In this document: one piece after another, positions 43,501 to 55,067 of the stretch
Numbering within the stretch: the stretch's first letter is position 1
Layout: every line of letters starts with the position of its first letter
DNA from: Octopus sinensis
Lineage: Eukaryota
DNA: 64,000 bases
Direction of reading: 5' to 3'
NCBI RefSeq assembly: GCF_006345805.1
Contig: NC_043003.1
Span: 13,206,001-13,270,000, forward strand
Translations under genes and position numbers: made by a program
The notes under the pieces: generated by a model
What the model saw: the letters and a program-made list of their open reading frames with translations, nothing else
What the model was told of the DNA's origin: nothing
Databases searched by the model: none

Positions 43501-44197
43501 ACCAATTCTATATATTATCCTATATTTTATGTAATAATATCCCAGCAATTATCTTCTGGCAAAGTGTTGATGAAACAGTTGTAGAATTATGCAATAAAGT
43601 GAGTTGCTCACTCCATTACTCCTTAATAAGCCCTACGGATATATATGTATTTTCAGGTATATTATCAGTAAAGCAATCCCTTTTCATTGTATAGTAGTAT
43701 CTGATAGCCAATGCCTGTGGATAGGCTTTATAAAGTAAACTCCAAGAGAAAATGGAATTAATCCATATATACATACACATCCAACCCAAATATTCTGTCT
43801 GTTGTATGTTCAAACTGGCCAGATCCAGCCTCTCAAACCTATCCAACAATGTCATCCTAAAAATAAATAATCCCCTCTTTGAAATCTCAAGATAACACTT
43901 TGTAACATGAGTTTTGTCCTTGAGTATCAGCTGCTATTTTCTATTTGTTTACCCCCAGAAAGTATGAAAAATGGCTAATTTTCTTTCAAACTTTGCTGCT
44001 GTTACATTTATTCAAACCCTGAAGAATCTCCATTATTGACATTATTTACATTATTTGCATTTGACCAATATTTGTCCTCATCTTGTTTTTTGTTAACACA
44101 TTTCAGCTGATATACCCTACAGCCTTCTTCAGGTGTCTTGGAGAAATTTTGAACCTGGGTTCTCATTCCTAAGATATTTTTCGATGTTGTTATTATA

Positions 44198-44275
<78 letters not shown>

Positions 44276-44341
44276 GTTATAATACTAACCCCAAGATTCC
44301 GAGTTTGATTCCAAGCAGTGACCTGAACAATAACAATAATG

Positions 44342-44392
<51 letters not shown>

Positions 44393-47300
44393 TAATAATA
44401 ACATCGAAAAATACCTTAGGAATGAGAACCCAGTTTTGAAATTTCCCCAAGACACCTGAAGAAGGCTGGAGGGTATATCAGCCGAAACGTTGTGTTAGCA
44501 ACAAACAAGATGAGGACAGATATCCGTCGAATGTAAATAATGTAAATAATATACATAATTCCTCATCTCTTAAATATAGAACCTGAAGAATCTCTTTCAA
44601 TACATGGCAATGATGCTCCACCACTACTTCTGCTCGTGATCAGAGATGCACATATGACCAGTCACTAATGGACACACTCAAGTGGCTAAGGTTAAGCAGG
44701 TCTGTGGTATTGAGCAGAATATTTGCTATAATGATATTTCTGCTACAGCAACACTGTGCTATATCTGTCTGAAATGTAATGGAAAATAGGTCAGTTTCAA
44801 TATATTGGCATCTAGGTCACAAAAGCAAAGTTTGAAGGGAATAGTAGTAATTTCCTTTGATTTCTAGATAGAAGCAAATAGGAAGTAACACTTACTGACC
44901 AAAGACAAAGAGAAATTAAAATTTTGCATAGGCACAGAAGCAGCTGTGTAGTAAGTAGCTTGCTTACCAGCCTCATGGTTCCAGGTTCAGTCCCACTGCG
45001 TGGCCCTTGGGCAAGTGTCTTGTACGATAGCATCGGGCTGACCAAAGCCTTGTGAGTGGATTTGGTAGATGGAAACTGAAAGAACCCCATCGTATATATG
45101 TATATATATATATTTGTGTGTGTGTTTGTGTGTCTGTGTTTGTCCCCCCCCACCACCACCACCACCAACATCACTTGACAACTGATGTTAGTGTGTTTAA
45201 GTCCCCATAACTTAGCAGTTCGGCAAAAGAGACCGATAGAATAAGTACTAGGCTTACAAAGAATAAGTCCTGGGGTCTATTTGCTCGACTAAAGGCAGTG
45301 CTCTTGCATGGCTGCAGTCAAATGACTGAAACAAGTACAAGAGTAAAAGAGTAAAGAGAGAGTGTAATGCATCTATCAAATGCAAAAAGCATTTGTATTT
45401 GACAGAGTAATCTTAACACTAAAGAGTTAAAGAATAAATAGTCTTGTTTTGTCATAATATTTTCAAATAAGGATGTTATAATTTGTTCTTTTGTTTACCT
45501 CTTAATATAATTGTTCTCAGTTTCGCCAAAGTTGACTTTGCTTTTCATCCTTTCAGGGTTGATAAATTAAGTACCAGTTGTGTGCTGGGGGTCAATCTAA
45601 TCTAATCGACTGCACTCCTCCCCCAAAATTTCAGGCCTTGTGCCTAGAGTAGAAAAGAATATAATTTCTTTGAATATTCTTCAGAAAGATGGCGTGTGGC
45701 TTAGTGGTAAGGGTGTCAGCACCATGATTGTAAGATTGTGGTTTCAATTCCTGGACCGGGCGACGCGTTGTGTTCTTGAGTAAAACACTTCATTTCACAT
45801 AGCTCCAGTCCACTCAGCTGGCAAAAATGAGTAACGCTGCGATGGACTGGTATCCCGTCCAGCTGGGGAACACAAACGCCATAGAAACCGGGAAACTGGG
45901 CTCATGAGCCTGGCTAGGCTTTAAAAGGGCGCATTTATTTTTTTATTTTATTCTTAAGAAAGCTATAAGAATAGTATTTAGACAAAGACCTATCATTAAG
46001 TCTTCCTTAAAACTTTCACAAATTGCAAGACACTTTAAAAGCAGAAAGGGTAGAAAAAGCAATAATAATTATTATTATTTCTACAAAAGGTACAAGGCTT
46101 GAAATTTGGGGAAATGGGTTGATCAATCATTTTAACCCTAGTGTTCAAATGGCACTTATTTCAGCTACCCTGAAAGAATGAAGAGCAAATTTGACATTGG
46201 AAGAATTTGAACCTAGAGCATAAGTCCATAAGAAATGCTGCAAAGCATTTCGTCTGACAAATCCTATCTGTAATTCTCCAGATGAAGATTCAGAACTACA
46301 GATGTGCTTGATGTGGACACAGCTTTAAGTATCTCCCCTTATATACACCACACGCTAGGTTCAAATTTTAGCACAAGGCCAGCAATTACAAGGAAGGGCA
46401 TAAGTTTATTACATCAACCCCAGTGCTCAACTGGCACTTATTTTATTGACCTTGAATACATGAAAAGCAAAGTTGACCTCAGTAAAATTTGAACTCAGAA
46501 TGTGAAGATGAACAAACATGGCTAAGCATTTTGTTCTGCACAGTAATGATTCTTATTTCTTTATTGCCCACAAGGGGCTAAACATAGAGGGGACAAACAA
46601 GGACAGACAAAGGGATTAAGTCGATTACATCGACGCCAGTGCATAACTGGTACGTAATTATTCAACCCCAAAAGGTTGAAAGGTAAAGTCGACCTCAGCC
46701 AAATTTGAAATCAGAATGTAGCGGCAGACGAAATACCACTAAGCATTTCGTCCTCTGTGCTAACGATTCTGCCAGTTCGCCACCTTATATACACAACATA
46801 TTGATACATATTGATCATGAAGACATATGGCCTAGTGGTTTGGGTGTTGCACTTGCAATTTTAAGATTGTGGTTTCAATCCCCAGAACAGGTAGTGTGTT
46901 GTATTTTCACATTGCTTCAGTCCCTTCAGTGTGAATGAATAACCCTACAATGTACCAACATCCTATTCAGGGGTAATGTTGTGATTTTGGTCCCTTATAC
47001 ACACCATAGAAACTGGGTAACTGGCTCCAAGAGTCCAAGGACTCAATACAGTACTTCACTACATATTGTTAAACTTCCTATTTCTCTTCAGGTAATATTG
47101 ATTTCGAGAAAGGCCTTACAACATGGATGAACGTTATTGATGATGACTTCGACTGGCTGATTGGCACTGGAAAGCGATACTATAATTACGATGGTCCACG
47201 GAAAGATCATACATTGAAGACCTTTTATGGTAAGATATCCAAATACATTTTTGAAACATGTATGTGTGGGGATGGGGTATGGGTCATGTGAAAAAGAAGT

Positions 47301-47639
47301 TTGCTTTGGAATCATGGAGTTTAAGATTCATTGACACTGTATGGACATAAAAATATATATATTATATATATCTGTAAATGTAATATGTGACAATTATTCG
47401 GTAGCCATGATAAAACTCCGAGTTTCGGATGTTGGGGTGGAAATCCACACCGCCATCTCTTCAGTTATCCAGGTGAATAACTGAAGAGATGGCAGCGTGA
47501 ATTTCCACCTCGGCATCCGAAACTCGGAGTTTTATCATGGCTACTGAATAATTGTCACATATTACATTTACAGATAAATTCCTCTATTTACATAATATTG
47601 AGGTCTCTTTCATTCTTTTGTTGTCTTACCATTTTTATC

Positions 47640-47721
<82 letters not shown>

Positions 47722-47863
47722 GAGTGGCTGTGTGGTAAGTAGCTTTCTTACCAGCCACATCATGATTCCGGGTTCAGTCCCACTATGTGACACCATGGGT
47801 AAGTGTCTTCTACTATAGCCTCAGGCTAACCAAAGCCTTGTGACAGAAACTGAAAAAAGCTTG

Positions 47864-47900
<37 letters not shown>

Positions 47901-48721
47901 TGTGTGTGTATATTTGTGTGTCTGTGTTTGTCCCCCCACCATTGCTTGGCAACCAATGCTGGAGTGTTTACATGCCCATAACTTAGTGGTTATGCAAAAG
48001 AGACCGATAGAATAAGTACTAGGCTTACAATGAACAAGTCTTGGAGTCAGTTTGTTCAATTTAGTCAAATAACTTACTTATCATTTAGTAAAATAACTTA
48101 CCATTAAGCTAGTGTTAAGAGCATAAATTGTGATTAAGGTTTGGTGGAAGATTCTAATTCAGAACTTTTGAAAACAATACATTTGTACTACAGAACCAGA
48201 GGTGATTTCAGGCGGGTTGATATCAAAAGTGTTAAGAGTTTGTGAACCAGCAAAAAATAGACATGTTGTCTTTCCCCAATCCACATTTGACATTATTGAA
48301 CTAGTTCACATGCAGTCAAGGCACAGTTATCTGAAGATTTATTAAAGTAAAGATGTTTTTCGGTTCTTTTTACCCTGTCGGTAAGCCTGACTCTAGCCTC
48401 ATCTCATCCTTGTGTTTATTTCTATGATGCAGATATTTTTTCCAATGACCGAGTCATCTTCTCACTGCTGTCTAGAAGAATTATTTTCCTAGTATCAACC
48501 ACAGTCAAGATCTTGAGCAGAATTTGTTCGTTTCTCATCATCCTTGTTTAACATCTGCTTTCCATGCTGGCATGGGTTGGATGGATTGACATGGAGCTGG
48601 TCAGCAGGAAGCTGTCCAGACTCCAGTTGTCTCTTGAGTCATGGTTTCTATGGCTGGATGCCCTTCCTAGTGCCAAGCACTTATGTGCTGGGTGCTTGTC
48701 ACATGCTACCGGCATGGGTGC

Positions 48722-48752
<31 letters not shown>

Positions 48753-51700
48753 CTAGCAGTATCGCCCGGCGTTGCTCGGGTTTGTAAGGGAAATAACTAT
48801 ATAAGCATTTTTAGAGAGTTACTTCCCTTATAGATGCCAATTCGGGCTTTCTTAGCCATTTCTGTCTTGGTGTCTTCAAGCCATGAAGTCGTTGTTCTAA
48901 AAGAACGCTGGTCTCCTTGACAACGCTTTACGACGTTGATTTCCTTACACTCCCTTCCCCACAGCTTCACAAGGGAGGGAAGAAGGGGGAGAAGCAAACA
49001 GGTGCAGGTGTGACCATGGACGCCAACTCCGCCGCCATCGACACACGAAAAATTATGCATTAAAATGGAATAAAAAATGATGTTAAATTATTTTTAAATC
49101 GTAGACTCATCATAGACACGCGCTAATACTCAGACGGGCTCGATATGAATCACGACTATAAGATACCCGAATTTGGTTAAACTGCACCGCAAAATGTGGG
49201 AGTAGTTAGGAATCTAAATCGAAGGGGACAGACACTCACACAACTACAGTTTTATATATATAGATATATATGGGTGCAAGTGAGACCATAACCCGTGGCC
49301 TCTACCTGGGATGTAGCCAGTCCACTTATGCATACCTTTCCTTCTTGGGACACAAAACTCTACTTGTGAAAACCTGTTGAGGCAAGTGAAAATCAAAATC
49401 AAAATCGATCAACACCAATGGAAATTGTAGCTGTGATACGAGTGCCAGTGGCACATAAGAGAACCATCCGAATGTGGCTGTTGCCAGCGCTGCCCCGACT
49501 GGCCTCCGTGCCAGTGGCACGTAAAAAGCACCATCCAATCGTGACCATTACCAGCCTCGCCTGACCTCCATGCCGGTAGCACGTAAAAAGCACCATCCGA
49601 TCATGGCCATTTGCCAGCCTCATCTGGCCCCTGTGCCGGTGGCACGTAAAAAGCACCCACTACACTCACAGAGTGGTTGGTGTTAGGAAGGGCATCCAGC
49701 CGTAGAAACATTGCCAGATCAGATTGGGCCTGGTGCAGCCTTCTGGCTTCCCAGACCCCAGTTGAACCGTCCAACCCTTGCTAGCATGGAAAGCGGATGC
49801 TAAACGATGATGATGATGATATATAGCAATAAGAAAATGGAGGGGATCAATAGGTGGTTCATCAACTTTTAGACATTATATTATGTCAACTTATTTATTT
49901 ATTTACTAAAATGACAATTACAAGAATATACATACATGTATAACATATAATGCTTTACATATAAAATATCATCATCATCATCATCATCATCATTTAGCGT
50001 CCGTTTTCCATGCTAGCATGGGTTGGACGGTTCTACTGGGGTCTGTGAAGCCAGAAGGCTTCATCAGGCCCAGTCAAATCTGGCAGTGTTTCTACAGCTG
50101 GATGCCCTTCCTAACGCCAACCACTCCGTGAGTGTAGTGGGTGCTTTTAACGTGCCACCGCAATATATTAATATATAAGGATATCAGTAATTTATATTCC
50201 TGTGTGTTAAATTTTAATAATTACTGGTATCCTTATATTGATTTTGATTTTGATTTTTCCAGTTTCAGCTTATGAGCTGTGGCCATGCTGGGGCACCGCC
50301 ATATATTAATATATTTTATATGTAAAGCATAATATGTTATACATGTATGTATGTTCCTGTAATTGTGATTTTAGTAAATAAATAAATAAATAAATACATG
50401 CAGTACCAGCACAGGTGCGTCAACACAGCCCCAGCACGGATGCATTTGAAGTAGGAAAGACACCTGAAGGGACAAGCCTGTATGTGGAAGACAACAATTT
50501 TATTTACCTTGACATGTCTTATCAAGTATAACAAATCACCACATCTTCCACTCCCTTGTCATTTCCTCTGTGAGGCCCAGCATCCAAAGATGTTTGTCTT
50601 GTTTGTTCCTTCTTGAGCCATGCCTGGCTCATAAGGGCCAGTTTCCCGGCTTCTTGGCATATAGGTTCTCCACCTGGACGGGACGCTGGTCCGTCACAGA
50701 TAAGCTGCAATATGCAAGAGGAAAGAGTGAAAGAAAGTTGTGGCGAAAGAGTCAGCAGAAGTTCGCCATGACCTTCTGCCAGAGCCGCGTGGAGCTTAGG
50801 TGTTTTCGCTCATAAACACACACATCGCCCGGTCTGAGATTCGAACTCGTGATCCCTCGACCGCGAGTCCGCTGCTCTAACCACTAGGCCATGTGCCTCC
50901 ACAGCATCCAAAGATCCTTTCTTATCACTTCGTCCTATGTCTTCTTAGGACTACCCCTTCCACATGTACCCTCCACAGTTAGAGCTCGACGCTTCTCTAT
51001 ACAGCTGTCCTCATCCATAAGCATCAACATGACCAAACCAACACAGTCTTCTCATTATTTGATTCTATCTATCTGTCTAGTATCTGCACAGTTACAAAAG
51101 TTTATTTGTATATCTAAAAGACTCCATTTTATTTTATAGGTCACTATTTGCTTTTGAGGGCTTTGTCCCCGTTCAAACCTGGAGATCATGCTCTTCTCAT
51201 CAGTGAATCTTTGGATGGTTCAATGCACCAATGCATGAGATTTTGGTATAGAATGTCTGGACAAGGTATTGGTACTCTCAGATTCATAATGGTACAGCTT
51301 GGTTCCAATGTTACCAGTTGGGTTTTATCAGGCTCTCAAAGTACATTTTGGAGATTAGGCCGCTTCCCAATAGCAAGTAACAAACCATTCCAGGTAAAAT
51401 ATTTATTTCTTGATCAACAATTAATAGTTAACAATACTTTCAATGGACATTACGCTTTTTTTCCCTCTTCCTTCCTTACTCTATATTTCATTTACTACCA
51501 TACCAACAGCTTGTGTTATCCTAATTACCACCTAGCTCAATTATACAACTTGACCAAGTGATAAAGGTGTTTCACTCATTATCCTGCAATAATGGTCTCA
51601 GTTCTCAGACTGGGCAGAACACATTAGTTCACACTGCTCTTCTTCACTCAATTATAAATGAATAAATATATATATATATCATCATCATTTAACGTCCGCT

Positions 51701-52037
51701 TTCCATGCTGGCATGGGTTGGACGGTTCAACTGGGGTCTGGGAAGCCAGAAGGCTGCACCAGGCCAGTCTGATCTGGCAGTGTTTCTACAGCTGGATGCC
51801 CTTCCTAACACCAACCACTCCGTGAGTGTAGTGGGTGCTTTTTACGTGCCATATATATATATATAATTATTTGAGGGAATATTAATCCAAACTTACAGGG
51901 AAAAAAATTCAATTTAGAAATACTAAATCAAATTTCACACAATATAATATATATATATATAATTATTTGAGGGAATATTAATCCAAACTTACAGGGAAAA
52001 AAATTCAATTTAGAAATACTAAATCAAATTTCACACA

Positions 52038-52090
<53 letters not shown>

Positions 52091-55026
52091 CAAGAAAGTT
52101 AGAGGTAGTGAATCCAACCAACTAAGGGATAATATCTATCCAATATACTGCTGGTAGAATACCCAATTATTAATACACAAGTGTTTTTTATTGCATTGCA
52201 ATTACATTATCTGGTGTATTAAATGGGTGAAGGTAAAGAGATATTTTACCATTAATTCATAAACCAATAAGAAAATGGAGGGGATCAATAGGCGGTTCAC
52301 CAACTTTTAGACATTATATTATGTCTATTTATTTATTTATTTACTAAAACAACAATTACAAGAATATACATACATGTATAACATATTATGCTTTACATAT
52401 AAAATATATTAATATATAAGGATACCAGTAATTTATATTCCTGTATGTTATACGAGGGGCGTTCAATAAGTAATGCCCCTGACCCACTTCCCATAGCAGT
52501 AGAGCAACGAAACGTGGCACAGTTATTAGTCTTTTTCTACATAGGAACAACCCAGAGTTACGCATTTCTCCCATCGTTTGATGCGGCTCTGGAGACCGTT
52601 TTTGTAGAAGAACCCAGCTTGGTCCTCCAACCACGACGTGACTTCAGAAATCAAGGCTGCATCATCTGGGAAACGCTTTCCTTTCAAAAACAACTTCATG
52701 ATTGGGAAGAGGTGAAAATCAGAGGGTGCAAGGTCAGGAAAGTAGGGGGGATGGGGAGGAGTTCATAGCCATACGCCTGTGCTTCTGATCTGGCGACAAG
52801 CGAGTTGTGGACCGGAGCGTTGTCCTGCAGGAGGAGGATGCCTTTGCTGATCTTGCCCCGCCTCTTGATTTTGATAACTTCTCTTAATTTCCTCAAAAGG
52901 GAAGCATAATAGGCTCCTGCAATTGTGGTACCCTTTGCCAGGAAATCTGTCATCACTACTCCGTCCTGGTCCCAGAAGACTGTGAGCATGACCTTGCCAG
53001 CGGAGGACTGCACCCTTGCCTTCTTTGGAGGGGGTGAGTCACGGTGCTTCCACTGCATTGACTGGGCTTTGGTCTCTGGATCATCGTGATGGACCCAGGT
53101 TTCATCTTGTGTAATCAGTCTTTTGAAAAATTTTGACTCATCTTCTTGGCACATCTCCAAATTCTCCCTCGAGCACTCGACGCGTTCTTGCTTCTGGAAA
53201 GGCGTGAGCAACCTGGGAAGCCATCTGGCAGACACCTTTTGCATATGCAAATGGTCATGAATGATAGTTTCCACAGACCCGGTACTAATCTTGACCTCAT
53301 GGGCTATTTGGCGAATAATTATGCGTCGATCTTCCAAAATGGCAGCCTCAACTTGACGGACAGATGCCTCATCAATGGCAGAAGGGGGCGACCAGATCTG
53401 GGAGCTGTTTCCACAGAGTTCCGACCATGTTTGAATTCACGATGCCAGCGTTTTACAAGGTCATATGATGGGGCATCATCACCATAAGTTACTTTCATTT
53501 CATCAAAAGTCTCCTGTGGTGTGCGTCCTTTCAAATACAAAAACCCGGATCACTGCTCGACACTCAACAGGCTCCATTTCACACTTGACTCGGTTCAAAC
53601 ACCTGTAAATCAGAAACCACAATTAATTCAGAGCTGTAATTTGCCACTTACTCTATAGAGATATAAATGATTGCACATGCAAAATTTCAGCTAGATCAAA
53701 CAAATGCAAGTGGGTCAGAGGCATTACTTATTGAACGTCCCTCGTATTTTAATAATTAAGCAGAATTTTTCTGCTTAATCTTGATACAGGATGGAGTGCA
53801 ATTGGTGCATTGATTGATAAATTTTCTTGTTCAGTTATCAAATCATCTGTATTTTCTGTACAACCCTTGGTTTTTGTTGGAGGCTAACCAGCTGCTGTTA
53901 TCATGATCTCCAAAGCGGTGCCTCAGCATGGCCACAGTCCAATGACTGAAACAAGTAAAAGACAAGAGACGACATCTATGTCTATGATGGCATTCAAATA
54001 ATCATTATTTTGATTTTGCATTTGATTTTTATAATTTTCAAAAACTGAAAGTGTTTTTTCTTCCTCAGATCATCATTGAAGGGGTTCGTGGAAGCAGTAA
54101 CAGAGTTAATTTTGCTATTGATGACATCGAATTCAACAATAAGAAATGCTCTCGTAAGTGAAAATTCTCTTTTATCAAATCAAACTGCAGATATAGTTCT
54201 ATATTTAAGAGACGAGGAATTATTTACATTATTTACATTATTTACATTTGACGAATCAAAATCGAAATCAAATTCGATGACTGGCATCAGTGCTAGTGAA
54301 GCGCTGAGAGCACCATCCGAGTGTGATCATTGCCAGAGTGGCTAACTGGCTTCTGTGCCGGTGGGACGTAAAAAGCACCCTTCGAGCGTGATTGTTACCA
54401 ATGTCGCCTCACCGGCACTTGTGCCAGTGGCACGTGAAAAAACATTCGAGCGAGGTCGTTGCCAGTGCTGCTGGACTGGCTCCTGTGCAGGTGGCATGTA
54501 AAAAACACCATTTGAGTGTGGCCATTGCCACTACTGCCTGACTGGCCCTCTTGCCAGTGACACGTAAAAGCACACACTACACTCTCAGAGTGGTTGGCAT
54601 TAAGAAGGGCATCTCGCTGTAGAAACTCTGCCAGATCAAGATTGGAGCTTGGTGTAGCCATCTGGTTTGCCATTCCTCAGTCAAATCGTCCAACCCATGC
54701 TAGAATGGAAAGCAGACATTAAACGATGATGATGATGATGATGACAGATATTTGTCCTCATCTTGCTTGTTGTTAACACAACATTTCGGCTGATATACCC
54801 TCCAACCTTCATCAGGTGTCTTGGGGAAATTTCAAACCTGGGTTTTCATTCCTAAGGTATTTTTCGATGTTATTATTATTATTATTCAGGTTATAGCCTG
54901 GAATCGAACTCAGAATCTCAGGGTGAGTTGCCTGCACTCTTAACCACTATGCCACGGGCATATGGCATAGTGGTTAAGAGCACAGGCCAATAATCCCAAG
55001 ATTCTGAGTTCAATTCCAAGCAGTGA

Positions 55027-55067
<41 letters not shown>

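Noticed and set aside
54900-55020. tRNA genes (here and at SINE heads such as 58843-58915)
   Set aside because: They have A and B boxes but no complete acceptor stem, and they run into repeat bodies; these are SINE heads.
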